47,460 bases of DNA from Gemmatimonadota bacterium (GCA_035698825.1 DASSBK010000160.1:1-47460); one strand, 5' to 3'. Counted from the first letter of the stretch, positions 1 through 9,907 are shown. Translations and numbers: made by a program. The notes: a model not told the origin generated them from the sequence alone.

Positions 1-342
1 CGGCCGGCCGGGAGTCGAGAACCGTTCCGCCTCCGCCCGCGCGATCCTGGCCGCCTCCCGGTTGAGCTCCACGACCCTCTCCGACAGACCATATTCCTCG
101 ATGGCGAACCTGTTGGCCCTGAACGAGTTGGTCTCTATGACGTCACATCCCACCTCAAGGAACGAGGCATGGATGGCGGCGATCACGTCGGGGCGTGTGA
201 GCGAGAGATTGTCGTTGCATCCCTCGAGGGCAGGCCCGCCGAAGTCGGCAGCCGTGAGGTCCAGCGCCTGGATGCTGGTCCCCATGGCCCCGTCGAAGAC
301 GAGCACGCGCTCCGCGAGCAGATCGAGGTAGGGATGCGACAT
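1..342 (-). CDS. metH: Methionine synthase, N-terminal homocysteine-binding (S-methyltransferase) domain; the 3' part of the gene lies beyond the window start
   Basis: Hand translation of the minus strand from ATG at 342 gives MSHPYLDLLAERVLVFDGAMGTSIQALDLTAADFGGPALEGCNDNLSLTRPDVIAAIHASFLEVGCDVIETNSFRAN..., open to position 1. DGxMGT and IH..F...G.D.IETN.F are typical of the Hcy-binding barrel of MetH-type enzymes. It is absent from the ORF track because it has no stop in the window. Confidence 0.7.
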   Translation of the reverse strand, partial: MSHPYLDLLAERVLVFDGAMGTSIQALDLTAADFGGPALEGCNDNLSLTRPDVIAAIHASFLEVGCDVIETNSFRANRFAIEEYGLSERVVELNREAARIARAEAERFSTPGRP

Positions 343-355
343 GAAGGAGTCGAAG

Positions 356-1477
356 CTAGCGGGAATCGCGAGGGCGGGGCACCGCCGCGGACGGGGGCCC
401 CGTCACCGGCGGCCTCGCTTCCGCCTCGCGCGCCTCCTCGGCGGTGATCGCGGCGCGCACGAACGCCAGGATCGTCAGGTTGAAGATGAGCTCGACCAGC
501 GCCGCGAACTGCTCGCTGTAGAAGCTGAACACCTGCACGAGCAGGATCGAGGTGACGATCGCGCGCTCGAACATGCGGAACGCGGCGACGCGCGAGACGC
601 CGATCCGCACCACCCCCATCAGGACGAACCAGCCCGCCAGGCCGGACGCCGCGAGCTGCGCCACCTCCAGCGGCGAGAGCTCGACCATCCGCTCGGCCAC
701 GCGGCCCACGAAGCGGATGTCCAACACCTGCCGCCAACCGAGACCGACGACGAAGATCAGCATCGCGCCGTAGGCGAGCTTGAGCAGCAGCTGTCCGACG
801 AAGAACGCGATGACCGCGGCGTCGAAGCCCCGCGCCGAGGCCAGGCGATGATAGCTTTCGCTCACGCGGCTCCGGGCGCGCCGCCAGACCGGAAACCCCA
901 GCCACGGCAACGGCTCGATCCGTTCGAGCGTGCTCCTGAGCGGCGCCACCAGCGGATGCGCGGGATCGCTGCGCAACAGGTACTCCTGCGCGCGCTCCAT
1001 CTCGCGCTTGTCGAGGTCGCCGCGTGCCAGCTCCTGGAGCTCCTTCAGCGCGTTCAGCAGGTATTCCTCGGACGTGCTCGTCCGCGGCCGGTGGATCGTG
1101 TGAACGATCAGGAACACGACGACGAACACGACGTAGATGATCGCGACCGCGGGCTGGAAGAAATAGTCGTTCGAGCGCGTGACGAACTTGCCGATCTCGT
1201 CGACGAAGAGTCCGAAACCGATGCCCCCGACGACCGCCGCGATCTGCATCGCGGGCCGGTCCAGGAACGAGAGCGCCGTGATCAGAGCGGCGAGCATGAG
1301 GAGGCCGCCCCACAGGACGTGCGCGAAGTGGAGGAGGTCTCCTCCCACCGAGGGGTACCCCGCCAGGTGGAGCGCCAGGCGCACGATCAGGACCGTGGAC
1401 ACAGAAGCCACGAGGAACAGCTCGAACAGGTCGGGTGCTTCGAACGCCCGGACGAAGAGGCGCCGCTTGGGCCTCAC
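356..1477 (-). CDS. Polytopic inner-membrane protein of unknown function
   Basis: 373-aa track ORF with several long hydrophobic segments (LFELFLVASVSTVLIVRLAL, WGGLLMLAALITALSF, AVAIIYVVFVVVFLIV, AMLIFVVGLGW, LAGWFVLMGVV). The GTG start overlaps the tatD stop (GTGA). No family recognised. Confidence 0.65.
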   Translation of the reverse strand: MRPKRRLFVRAFEAPDLFELFLVASVSTVLIVRLALHLAGYPSVGGDLLHFAHVLWGGLLMLAALITALSFLDRPAMQIAAVVGGIGFGLFVDEIGKFVTRSNDYFFQPAVAIIYVVFVVVFLIVHTIHRPRTSTSEEYLLNALKELQELARGDLDKREMERAQEYLLRSDPAHPLVAPLRSTLERIEPLPWLGFPVWRRARSRVSESYHRLASARGFDAAVIAFFVGQLLLKLAYGAMLIFVVGLGWRQVLDIRFVGRVAERMVELSPLEVAQLAASGLAGWFVLMGVVRIGVSRVAAFRMFERAIVTSILLVQVFSFYSEQFAALVELIFNLTILAFVRAAITAEEAREAEARPPVTGPPSAAVPRPRDSR

Positions 1478-2265
1478 GTCAGTGCGTAGAAGGCCTGCGC
1501 GTTTGCGCGCGTCGCGGCCGCGAGAACGGCGTCGGGCACCCCGCGGCGATCCGCCAGCGCCGACACGGTAGCCGGAAGGAAGGCCGGCTCGTTGCGGCGC
1601 CCGCGGTGCGGGACGGGGGCGAGGTAGGGAGCATCGGTCTCGACCAGCAGACGGTCCACGGGTACGGGGGGCACGAGCGCCGCGGCGTCGAAGGAACCGA
1701 AGGTGGCGATGCCCGAGAAGGAGACGTAGAACCCCCGTTCCACCGCTTCCCCGAGCATGTACGCGGAGCCCGTGAAGCAGTGGAGCACGACCCTGGCGGG
1801 GGATATCCCCGAGTTGTCCAGGATCTTCAGCGTGTCCTCCTCGGCGTCCCGCGAATGGACTACCGCCGGCAGGTCACGCTCGCGCGCGATGGCGAGCTGG
1901 TCGGCGAAGGCGATGCGCTGAATGGCGCGGGGGCTGTTGTCGTAGTGATGGTCGAGGCCGATCTCGCCGACCGCTATCGCTCCGCGATCGAGCTCCGCCA
2001 CCACGGCGCGGCGGGTTTCCGGCGACCACCGCGAGGCCTCGTGCGGGTGCAGCCCGGCGGTGAACCAGAGCCGGGGCCGCATTTCCTGGTCCGCGGAAGC
2101 CGTCGCCAGAGCGCGGGCCTGTGCCGCGCTCTCGGGATCGGATCCGATGACGACGATCTCCCGCACCCCCGCCTCCCACGCACGCGCGATCGCTTCGTGC
2201 CGGTCGGGATCGAAGCGCGCGTCCTGCAGGTGGCAGTGCGAATCGAAATAGAGGCTGACCGACAT
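1474..2265 (-). CDS. tatD: TatD-family metal-dependent hydrolase
   Basis: 263 aa. N-terminal YFDSHCHL, VVHSRDA, LHCFTG and ETDAPYL motifs are characteristic of TatD/YcfH hydrolases. Confidence 0.9.
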   Translation of the reverse strand: MSVSLYFDSHCHLQDARFDPDRHEAIARAWEAGVREIVVIGSDPESAAQARALATASADQEMRPRLWFTAGLHPHEASRWSPETRRAVVAELDRGAIAVGEIGLDHHYDNSPRAIQRIAFADQLAIARERDLPAVVHSRDAEEDTLKILDNSGISPARVVLHCFTGSAYMLGEAVERGFYVSFSGIATFGSFDAAALVPPVPVDRLLVETDAPYLAPVPHRGRRNEPAFLPATVSALADRRGVPDAVLAAATRANAQAFYALT

Positions 2266-2303
2266 GCGCGGCGATACCAGGCGCTCGCCGAGACCGGTTC
2301 AGG

Positions 2304-3260
2304 TCACCGGCGCGCGCCGACCTTCGTCTTGCGGGCGCCGGTCGCCGGGGCGCGCCCCTCTTCGAACCGGCGATGCCACTCGAGGACCAGCGGGGCGGCG
2401 ATGAAGATCGACGAGTACGTACCGATCAGGATGCCGATCAGCAGCGCGAAGGCGAAGTCGTGGATCACCGAGCCGCCCATGAAGAAGAGGAAGAGCAACA
2501 CGATGAGCGTGGCGCCGCCGGTGATGATCGTGCGGGAGAGTGTCTGGTTCACGGAGGTATTCACGACCTCGGCATACGACTCCCGACGCATCGAGCGCAG
2601 GTTCTCCCGGATGCGGTCGAACACGACGATGGTGTCGTTCAGGCTGTAGCCGACGATGGTGAGGAACGCGGCCACGACGGCCAGGGAGATCTCCTTGCCC
2701 ACGAGCGCGAAGATCCCCACCGACATGACGATGTCGTGAAACGTCGCGATGATGGCCGCAAGGCCGAACTTGAAGTCGAACCGGAACGCGACGTAGATCA
2801 TGATGAGCGCCATGGCATAGAGGATCGCCCGGAGGGCCTGCCCCTTGAGCTCGTCGCCGATCTTTGGACCCACCGCCTCCGCGCGGACCACCCGGAAGTT
2901 CTTCCCCTCCAGCTGCGGAGCCCCCCGGAGCTGGGCCTCGATCCGGTCGCGAAAGGCATTCTCCTGACCGGGCGGCACCTGGGCCCGGATCACGAAGTCG
3001 TTTATGTCGCCGAAGCGCTGGACCTCGCTCGACTTCAGCTCCTCCATGTCCGCCAGGGCCTCGCGCAGCGCCTGGCTCTCGACGGGCTCATCGAACTCGA
3101 GCTGCATCAGGGTGCCGCCCGTGAAGTCGATCGAGTACTTCAAGCCGCCGCGCACCACGACCACGGCAACGGCCAGGAGAGTCAAGCCGATCGAGATCGC
3201 GTAGCCCCAGTTCTTGAATCGGAGGAACGGATAGTTCGCGTCCTTGAACAGCCACATCAT
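2304..3260 (-). CDS. secF: Protein translocase subunit SecF
   Basis: Only the 3' 318 codons of the 623-aa track ORF are SecF-like (MMWLFKDANYPFLRFKNWGY...KYSIDFTGGT...SLNDTIVVFDRIREN). Residue counting places the ATG at 3260, overlapping the secD stop (ATGA). Confidence 0.9.
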   Translation of the reverse strand: MMWLFKDANYPFLRFKNWGYAISIGLTLLAVAVVVVRGGLKYSIDFTGGTLMQLEFDEPVESQALREALADMEELKSSEVQRFGDINDFVIRAQVPPGQENAFRDRIEAQLRGAPQLEGKNFRVVRAEAVGPKIGDELKGQALRAILYAMALIMIYVAFRFDFKFGLAAIIATFHDIVMSVGIFALVGKEISLAVVAAFLTIVGYSLNDTIVVFDRIRENLRSMRRESYAEVVNTSVNQTLSRTIITGGATLIVLLFLFFMGGSVIHDFAFALLIGILIGTYSSIFIAAPLVLEWHRRFEEGRAPATGARKTKVGARR

Positions 3261-4987
3261 ATGCTCAACCTCGTAGGCGAGAACTTGTTCAACCAGGTCA
3301 TGAAGATCGTTCGCGTCACGAACACCGCCGTGAAGATCGAGGAGACGATGCCGATCGTCAGGACCACCGCGAAGCCCTTGATCGGGCCCGTGCCGAACTG
3401 AAAGAGAACGGCGCCCGCGATGAGGGTCGTGATCTGAGAGTCGAGGATCGTGACCAGGGCGCGATCGAATCCGGTGTCGAGCGCGGCCCTTACGGTCTTG
3501 CCGAGAGCCAGCTCTTCGCGCACGCGCTCGAAGACCAGCACGTTGGAATCGACCGCCATGCCGATGGTGAGGATGAGCCCGGCGATACCAGGCAGCGTGA
3601 GCGTGGCGCCGAACGCCGCCAGCGCCGCCAGGATCAGGACGACGTTGAGCAGCAGCGCGACATCGGCCACCAGGCCCGAGGCTCGATAGTAGAAGATCAT
3701 GAACGCCACCACGCCGATCACGCCGAGCAGACCGGCGATCTTCGCGGAATCGATGGAATCGGCTCCCAGTGATGGATCGACGGTGCGCTCCTCGATGATC
3801 CGCAGCGGCGCGGGAAGGGCGCCGGCTCGCAGGACGATCGCGATGTCGCGTGCCTCCTCGACCGCTTCGAACCCCTCGATGCGGGCCTGACCGTTCGCAA
3901 TCGGCTGATTGATGTTCGGGGCCATGCGGACGACGTCGTCCAGTACGATGGCCAGCCGCTCGTTCACATGCGCGCGCGTGATGTCGGCGAACTGCTGCGC
4001 GCCGTCCGCGGTCAGTTCCAGGGAAACGATGGGCTGGCTCGTGAACTGCGTGTCGAAGCCGGCGCTGGCGGTAGCCACGGCCTCGCCCGTCATCAGGGGC
4101 TCGGCGTGCACGATGTAGAGGCTCCGGTAGGACCTTCCGTCGGAGAACGTCTCGGCTTCGCCGCTCCACAGCCATTCGTAGCCGGGCGTGAGGGCGAGCT
4201 GCGCGGCCGAGTCTGCGAGCATCGCCTCGACATCCGCGACCCGGTTATCCGGGACGAGGAAGTCGTTCTGGTCGCTCCCTCGCGGAATCGTCTGAAGAAG
4301 CGACGAGAGCGGCCGGTCACCGCCGCCTGCCAGCTCGGCCACGCCGGAGGTATCCGCCGGTGCGGTCTCCTGCGCCCCGGTCAGCTCCTCGAGGGACTGT
4401 CCCTCTGCCGTGTCCGCGGTCACGGCCATCGTGGTGTCCGAGGCGGCGGACGAGTCCGCGCCGGCCGCCGGCTCCGCCGGGGCCCGGACGTTCCGGCCCG
4501 CCAGGGCGGCGTCGACCGCCCGGATCTGGTCGATCGCGTCCTGGCCGTCGACCACGAGCTGGAATTCCAGATACGCGGCCTGCTGAACCAGGGTCTTGGC
4601 GCGTTCTTCGTCCTGGATTCCCGGCAGCTCCACGATGATCCGATCGTCGCCGACCTTCTGGATCAGCGGCTCGGAGACACCGAACTGGTCGACCCGGTTG
4701 CGGATGATCTCGAGCGCGCGATCGATCGCGTCGCTCTGCTCCTCGCCGGTAAAGGAGTTCCCCGTATCGTCCAGCTCGAGCTCCAGGTGCATGCCGCCCT
4801 GGAGATCCAACCCGAGCTGGATCGCACCCTCGGTGAGGCGATCCCACTCGTTCGAATCACGCTCCTGCAGAGCGGCACGCTGATCGGGCGACATCGTGTA
4901 ATAGCGATAGGTCGGCCACAGGAACCAGGCCGACGCGAGGATGGTGAGGCCCACGATGAGCCAGCGAATCTGGATGTTGCGTCGCAT
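3257..4987 (-). CDS. secD: Protein translocase subunit SecD
   Basis: LGLDLQGGMHL, a large periplasmic P1 region and the C-terminal RND-like TM bundle (DSNVLVFERVREE). I chose the start at ATG 4987 (MRRNIQIRWLIVGL...), preceded by GAGGA-cctt. The track start at 5029 is a TTG alternative. Confidence 0.85.
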   Translation of the reverse strand: MRRNIQIRWLIVGLTILASAWFLWPTYRYYTMSPDQRAALQERDSNEWDRLTEGAIQLGLDLQGGMHLELELDDTGNSFTGEEQSDAIDRALEIIRNRVDQFGVSEPLIQKVGDDRIIVELPGIQDEERAKTLVQQAAYLEFQLVVDGQDAIDQIRAVDAALAGRNVRAPAEPAAGADSSAASDTTMAVTADTAEGQSLEELTGAQETAPADTSGVAELAGGGDRPLSSLLQTIPRGSDQNDFLVPDNRVADVEAMLADSAAQLALTPGYEWLWSGEAETFSDGRSYRSLYIVHAEPLMTGEAVATASAGFDTQFTSQPIVSLELTADGAQQFADITRAHVNERLAIVLDDVVRMAPNINQPIANGQARIEGFEAVEEARDIAIVLRAGALPAPLRIIEERTVDPSLGADSIDSAKIAGLLGVIGVVAFMIFYYRASGLVADVALLLNVVLILAALAAFGATLTLPGIAGLILTIGMAVDSNVLVFERVREELALGKTVRAALDTGFDRALVTILDSQITTLIAGAVLFQFGTGPIKGFAVVLTIGIVSSIFTAVFVTRTIFMTWLNKFSPTRLSI

Positions 4988-5062
4988 AAGGTCCTCGACG
5001 AGCGCGCCGGAGCGAGGCCGCGAAGGCAAGCGATGGTCCTGGAAGAGCGGTGCGAAGCGGCG

Positions 5063-5091
5063 AAACTAGACGCCGCCTCCGATCATGTCAA
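5063..5091 (-). promoter_or_regulatory. Putative sigma70-type promoter for secDF
   Basis: Minus strand reads TTGACA (5091-5086), a 17-nt spacer, then TAGTTT (5068-5063). It lies directly after the upstream OMP stop and about 75 nt upstream of the secD ATG. The promoter consensus for this lineage is unknown. Confidence 0.35.
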
Positions 5092-6291
5092 TCAGCTGTC
5101 GGGACGATCGCGGCGCCATTGTTCGAAGGTCCTGAACCCCACGCCGAGACGCAGGAACGACTCCTCGAGGCCGTGATCGTCCAGCGAGCCGCGCTGGCCG
5201 TATTCCACGACCACGTCCACTCCGCTCCGTCCGGCCGCGCCGAGAGTGCGACCGTACCCCAGGGATGCGACCCATTCCGTGACCGGGTCGCCATCGATCT
5301 CGAGCGGTAGCCGGCGCCATCGGTAGCCCAGCCGCAAGGGCGCCTGCGGGCCAAGAACCATCGCCCGCTCGACGGCCGAAGCGTATTCGATGCCACCGCC
5401 CACCTCGACCGCGTCCCCGAACCCGACGCTCTCGAGGCCCTCGAGGTCGAACGACGACCACGACGACCGGCGGTAGCCCGCGGTGGCGACGAGCCCCGGA
5501 GACGGCTGCCAGGCGGCGCCGAGGATGACCTCGCCCGGGAGGTCGAACTCCGATCGCACGCCCTCAAGAGCGTCGTCCGCGGCCTGCGTGATTTCGCTCT
5601 CGATCGTCGGGCGGTGCCGGTACGCCGCGCTCACGCGGACTTTCGGCCCGATGGCGCGCTCGAGCCCGACCGTGAATCCGATCCCTCCGAAGTCGCGCGA
5701 CAGGCTGTCGCTCGCCGCCAGAGCCCCCGCGCTCAGATCCTCGAGGTCCACCACGCGGACGATCTCGCGCGATCCGAGATAGAAGTCGGCGGATATGCCC
5801 ACCTGCGTCGCCGCGTCGAAGGAGTAGGCGACCGCGGGCGACAGCACGGACACGCCCCCCGTGGACTCCAGCTCCACGGGAATGCTGTCTCCCTCGAACT
5901 CCACCGTCGCTTCGAGATCGGTGTCGAAGTCGACGAACTGATAATACCCGACTCCGAACACGCTCCCCTCCCAGGCGGGGATCACGATCTGGGCCATCGG
6001 AAACATCACGTCCGTGAAGTCTCCGGTGGCGTCCTCGCCGTCGACGGTCACGTTCTGTCCGATGAGGGAGAGATACAGGCCGGCCCGCCGGAATCGCGCG
6101 ATCGGCGCCGGATTGGCCAGCGAGAAGACGTCGCCGGTCACTCCGCTCCCCGCGCCGCCCAGGGATCGGGAGCGGATCGTGGAGCCCTCCTCGGGGACGG
6201 CGAAGGCCGGCAGGTTGAACACGCTCTCCTGCGCGCGCCCGGCGGCGGGGACTGCGATCGCAACGAGGAGCAGCGGCAACCAGCGGGTCAC
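5092..6291 (-). CDS. Predicted beta-barrel outer-membrane protein
   Basis: GTG at 6291 (residue 58 of the track ORF) gives [22 protein letters not shown], a signal peptide. The rest has alternating amphipathic beta-strand character with Gly/aromatic-rich segments (GVGYYQF, VSAAYRH, ATAGYRR, LRLGYRW, LRLGVGF). The GTG overlaps the lipoprotein stop (GTGA). Family not resolved. Confidence 0.6.
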   Translation of the reverse strand: MTRWLPLLLVAIAVPAAGRAQESVFNLPAFAVPEEGSTIRSRSLGGAGSGVTGDVFSLANPAPIARFRRAGLYLSLIGQNVTVDGEDATGDFTDVMFPMAQIVIPAWEGSVFGVGYYQFVDFDTDLEATVEFEGDSIPVELESTGGVSVLSPAVAYSFDAATQVGISADFYLGSREIVRVVDLEDLSAGALAASDSLSRDFGGIGFTVGLERAIGPKVRVSAAYRHRPTIESEITQAADDALEGVRSEFDLPGEVILGAAWQPSPGLVATAGYRRSSWSSFDLEGLESVGFGDAVEVGGGIEYASAVERAMVLGPQAPLRLGYRWRRLPLEIDGDPVTEWVASLGYGRTLGAAGRSGVDVVVEYGQRGSLDDHGLEESFLRLGVGFRTFEQWRRDRPDS

Positions 6292-7544
6292 GGGGAATCC
6301 TCTCCAAGGCCCGGATCGGAGGGCGGGATATAGAGGAGCCGGATCCGGGGACGCACGTCCGCCGGCGCGTCGGGCCCGAAGAACCGCACCCCGCCGAAGA
6401 CACTCCGCTCGTCGAACATGGTGAGCGCGAATCCGAGCCGCGAATCGGGGTCGCGGATCCATTCCCGCACGAGCCGCGTCAAGGATGGGGACTCGAACGA
6501 CAGCGTGTCGCCGGAGGCGGCCCCCGGCGGCACCACCGCGGCGCCCAGGACCGTGGCGGGCGTGACCGAGCTGAGCACCGTCTTCTCGCCCACGAAGTCC
6601 GACAGCACCTGGCGCGCCAGGACCGTGAGGGTGTCGCCCGGCACCCGCGCTTCGTCGATCGTCAGGACGAGCCTCGCCGCGGCGATCGTCACCCCGTCAG
6701 GGATCGCGTCGATGTCCGGGTCGAGGAAGATCCTCCGCACGGGCTCCGCGCCGTTCACGACCAGCCCCCCGTCGGACGCCAGCGACGCCTCGTCGTCGAC
6801 GATGAAGACGTCCCCGATAGCCAGGATCGTGGCCGCCGCACCGGGGCCTGGAAACTCGACTTCGACGTCGAGAAGGGGGCCGTTCCGGTTCGTGCCCCCG
6901 ACGCCGCGGGAGGCGAAGGCGACCATCTCTCCGGGAGTCTGCTGGACGAGGATCACCCCATGGTTCTCGACCGCGCCGGAACGCCAGTCCGCGATCAGAT
7001 CGAGGGGGAAGTCGACCCGCACGGAGTCCGGTTGTCCGGGTCCGATCGTGATCTCCGCGATCGGTTCCGGGTCGAAGTCCCCGCCCGGCTGGGACCACGA
7101 GGCTCCCAGGAGTCGCCGCTCCCAGGTCGCCGCCTCCTCGTCCCACTCGCTCGTAACGCGGTGGACAGTGAAGGTCACCGGCGAGGCGGGCGTGGGACTG
7201 TACGTCAGCCGCAGTTGAGCTTCCACGACCTCCACGTCGACGGGCAGCGAATCGAACGCCTCGAAGCTGAACTGGAACAGTGCGCGGCTGGCGAATCCCG
7301 GGTCTTCAGGCCAGTCGAGCGCGGTGACGAGGCGCTCGCTCTCCGCGCGATCCGACGGAAAGATCTCGTAGTCCAGCGCGCGGCTGAAGTCCTTAAGTGC
7401 CAGGGACTGGACGCCCCCCGCCAGGATTCCGCCGGGGAGCAGCTCCACCCCGACGGGGCTGGCGCCGTCCTCCGAGCAGGCTGCGACGAAGAGCGCGGAT
7501 CCGAGAGCCAGCGCCCTCCATCGATGTGCCTGGACAAAGCTCAT
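6288..7544 (-). CDS. Lipoprotein with two DNRLRE-like beta-sandwich repeats
   Basis: Signal plus lipobox-like [46 protein letters not shown] and FASRG...[10 protein letters not shown] resemble the DNRLRE carbohydrate-binding-type domain, and a weaker second copy is present. The ATG overlaps the eutN-like stop (ATGA). Confidence 0.6.
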   Translation of the reverse strand: MSFVQAHRWRALALGSALFVAACSEDGASPVGVELLPGGILAGGVQSLALKDFSRALDYEIFPSDRAESERLVTALDWPEDPGFASRALFQFSFEAFDSLPVDVEVVEAQLRLTYSPTPASPVTFTVHRVTSEWDEEAATWERRLLGASWSQPGGDFDPEPIAEITIGPGQPDSVRVDFPLDLIADWRSGAVENHGVILVQQTPGEMVAFASRGVGGTNRNGPLLDVEVEFPGPGAAATILAIGDVFIVDDEASLASDGGLVVNGAEPVRRIFLDPDIDAIPDGVTIAAARLVLTIDEARVPGDTLTVLARQVLSDFVGEKTVLSSVTPATVLGAAVVPPGAASGDTLSFESPSLTRLVREWIRDPDSRLGFALTMFDERSVFGGVRFFGPDAPADVRPRIRLLYIPPSDPGLGEDSP

Positions 7545-7828
7545 GTCGCGCGGGTCACCGCACCGCCGACGTCGTATTCGTCGACGATCGCCATGATGAC
7601 CGCATCTACGGGACGGCCGTCGGTGAGGGCGGTCTGCCGCGCGGATGAGCCGGTGGCGTAGAGCACCACCTCCCCGGCTCCGGCGCCGACCGCGTCGGCG
7701 GCCACCACGTACCCCTTCTCGTTCGCCATCTCGAGATCCAGGTTGCGCACGACGAGGAGCTTGAGGCCCTGAAGCTTCTCGTCCTTGCGGCTGGCCACTA
7801 CCGCGCCGATCACGCGACCCATCTTCAT
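7541..7828 (-). CDS. EutN/CcmL-family (BMC-P vertex pentamer) protein, orphan
   Basis: 95 aa: [31 protein letters not shown]...[13 protein letters not shown]...[12 protein letters not shown], typical EutN/CcmL length and sequence pattern. Residue counting places the ATG at 7828, overlapping the cdd stop (ATGA). The upstream part of the 185-aa track ORF is a shadow of cdd. Confidence 0.75.
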   Translation of the reverse strand: MKMGRVIGAVVASRKDEKLQGLKLLVVRNLDLEMANEKGYVVAADAVGAGAGEVVLYATGSSARQTALTDGRPVDAVIMAIVDEYDVGGAVTRAT

Positions 7829-8223
7829 GGCTGCCCTTTCGTGAAGCGGAACGGATGGGGCAGGAGGCGATCGAGGGTGAACTCGTGTCTCGAGCCGTCG
7901 TCGGTGACGACGATCACCTCGAGCTCCGGGGCGAACTCCGCCAGCGCCTGCCGGCAGCTTCCGCAGGGATAGGGCTCGCTTCCCCCCGCCGTCACTACCA
8001 TCCTGCGAAACGATCGGACACCGGCGGAAACGGCGGCGAAGAGCGCGCTCCGCTCGGCGCAGCAGGTGACGGAGTAGGATGCGTTCTCGACATTGCATCC
8101 GGTGAAGACGCTTCCGTCGGCGGCTTCGAGAGCGGCGCCGACCGAATAGCCGGAATACGGAGCGTAGGCCCGCGCTCGCGCTTCGTTCGCCAGCGATTCG
8201 AGCGTCACGTGCGCTTCGCTCAC
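7825..8223 (-). CDS. cdd: Cytidine deaminase (homotetrameric type)
   Basis: 132 aa with the zinc motifs CAERSA and PCGSCRQ. The GTG start overlaps the DUF1844 stop (GTGA). Confidence 0.9.
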   Translation of the reverse strand: MSEAHVTLESLANEARARAYAPYSGYSVGAALEAADGSVFTGCNVENASYSVTCCAERSALFAAVSAGVRSFRRMVVTAGGSEPYPCGSCRQALAEFAPELEVIVVTDDGSRHEFTLDRLLPHPFRFTKGQP

Positions 8224-8696
8224 GGGCTCACCTTGAGGTACATCGTCCGCAGATGGTCCAGAGCCCGCCGGAGGTACTCCTGCTCGTCGGGCGGAAGGTT
8301 CCCCTGCGTCCGCTGCTCGACGATGCCGAGCAGATCGATCTCCCGCTTCGCCCAGCGGGGCAGCACCCGCCGCTCGCCTTCGGGTGTCAGAGGAAGCTCT
8401 CCGAGATACCGCAGGGCCTCCTCGATGTGCGGTCCGATGAGCTCGAGGAAGGACGGCTCCGGAGGATCCATCTGCGCCATCTGGTCCAGGTACGCGGCGA
8501 TCTCGTCCCCCGCGGATGGCGATCCAACCGAAGCGGGATCCGCGGTCGGTTCGGGCTCCGCGTCCGGAGGGGCGATCTCCACAGCCGGCGCTGCCGGCGC
8601 GTCGGACACGTCGGTAGGCGCCGCCGGTGCGGCGGGCTCCGCATCGGTCTCGTCGCGATGAGCCGACCTGCGCTCGCGGAATCTGCTCTCGGTCAT
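8220..8696 (-). CDS. DUF1844-like protein with an acidic Pro/Ala-rich N-terminus
   Basis: 158 aa. The C-terminal half ([18 protein letters not shown]...[36 protein letters not shown]) matches the DUF1844 pattern (..AK..ID.L..L..KT.GNL...E...L). The ATG overlaps the alr stop (ATGA). Confidence 0.65.
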   Translation of the reverse strand: MTESRFRERRSAHRDETDAEPAAPAAPTDVSDAPAAPAVEIAPPDAEPEPTADPASVGSPSAGDEIAAYLDQMAQMDPPEPSFLELIGPHIEEALRYLGELPLTPEGERRVLPRWAKREIDLLGIVEQRTQGNLPPDEQEYLRRALDHLRTMYLKVSP

Positions 8697-9907
8697 CGAT
8701 CCTCCTCCAGCACGTTCCGGCGAACGCGGCGGCCGATCCCCGTCAAAATCGAGTACGCGATTCCGCCGGCGGCGGCGGCCACGTCTTCCGCGGACTGGCG
8801 GGCATCGTCCTGACGGCCGATGAGCGTCGCGATCTCCCCGGCCCGCAGATCTGGGAACGGCGTGGCGTCCACCATCGTCAGGTCCATGCAGACCGCTCCA
8901 CGGATCGGCGCGTAGCTACCGCGCAGGAGAACGCGGCCTCGATTCGACAGGGCGAGCGGCCACCCGTCCGCGTACCCCACACCCAGCAGCGCGATCCGCT
9001 CGGGCGCGCGGGCGACGTAGCTGCCGTGGTAGCTGACGGCGTCGCCGGGAGCCAATTCCTTGACCGCGACGACGCGGGCATGCCACGACAGCGCCGGCTC
9101 GAAAGGAGGAGGGCCCGGCCCTTCGGCTGCGCGCCATCGTCCGGCATCGTCGTCCGGCGCGATCTCCCCCGCGGCGCCGTACACGGCGATCCCGGGCCTC
9201 ACGAGGATCCGCGGAGACCCGCCCCGCGCGCCGAGCCTCGTCGCGCGCGCGAACCGGAGCGCGGCGGCGCTGTTGGCTGCATGCAGGCACTCCACCCGCA
9301 CGCCGCGCGTTTCGAGCTCGGCGAGCACCGCGTCGAACCGGTCGAGCTGTCGCTCCGTGGGGCCACGCCCCGCCTCGTCGGCGCTGGCGAAGTGGGTGAA
9401 GATACCGGCCACTCTGAGGCCGGGCAATTTCGCGACACGGGCGATCAGCTCGATTGCATCCCGATCCCAGGCGCCGGTGCGGCCCATGCCCGTGTCGACG
9501 TCCGCGTGCACCTCCATCGTGCGCCCGCGGGCCCGGGCCGCTGCGTCGAAGGCTTCGGCCTGCGCGATCGAAGTGATTCCCGGAACGACCGCGAGATCGA
9601 GCGCGCGCCCGGCCTCGGCGGGAAGGAGCGGCATCAGGCAGACGACCGGGTCGTCGAATCCCGCCTCGCGGAGCCGGGCCGCCTCGTCGAGCGCAGCCAC
9701 CGCGAACCCCCATACGCCGGCGGCACGCGCCGCCCGCGCTGCCGGCTCGATTCCATGCCCGTAGGCGTCGGCCTTCACCACCATGAGGACACCACACGAC
9801 TCCGGCAATCGCTCGCGGAGCGCGCGGACGTTTCGCGCGAGGACGCCGAGATCGACGTCGATCCAGGTCCGCGCGGTCGAATCGTCCAGAATGGGGGGCT
9901 CGATCAT
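8693..9907 (-). CDS. alr: Alanine racemase
   Basis: Start MIEPPIL at 9907 (residue 176 of the 579-aa track ORF, by residue count). Has the PLP-lysine motif VVKADAYGHG and the C-terminal YAPIRGAVCMDLTMVD beta-domain. Confidence 0.9.
   Translation of the reverse strand: MIEPPILDDSTARTWIDVDLGVLARNVRALRERLPESCGVLMVVKADAYGHGIEPAARAARAAGVWGFAVAALDEAARLREAGFDDPVVCLMPLLPAEAGRALDLAVVPGITSIAQAEAFDAAARARGRTMEVHADVDTGMGRTGAWDRDAIELIARVAKLPGLRVAGIFTHFASADEAGRGPTERQLDRFDAVLAELETRGVRVECLHAANSAAALRFARATRLGARGGSPRILVRPGIAVYGAAGEIAPDDDAGRWRAAEGPGPPPFEPALSWHARVVAVKELAPGDAVSYHGSYVARAPERIALLGVGYADGWPLALSNRGRVLLRGSYAPIRGAVCMDLTMVDATPFPDLRAGEIATLIGRQDDARQSAEDVAAAAGGIAYSILTGIGRRVRRNVLEEDR

Noticed and set aside
343-355. 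Cobalamin or SAM riboswitch upstream of metH.
   Set aside because: Only 13 nt separate the metH start from the upstream gene's stop, which leaves no room for a riboswitch. metH appears co-transcribed.
4988-5029. TTG start at 5029 for secD.
   Set aside because: ATG 4987 is preceded by a GAGGA Shine-Dalgarno sequence and gives a normal short cytoplasmic N-terminus before TM1. The extension would also crowd the putative promoter. It is not fully excluded.
7829-8098. N-terminal extension of the EutN-like ORF (185-aa version).
   Set aside because: The extension overlaps cdd in another frame and is Arg-rich. The EutN fold begins at MKMGRVIG, and its ATG overlaps the cdd stop.
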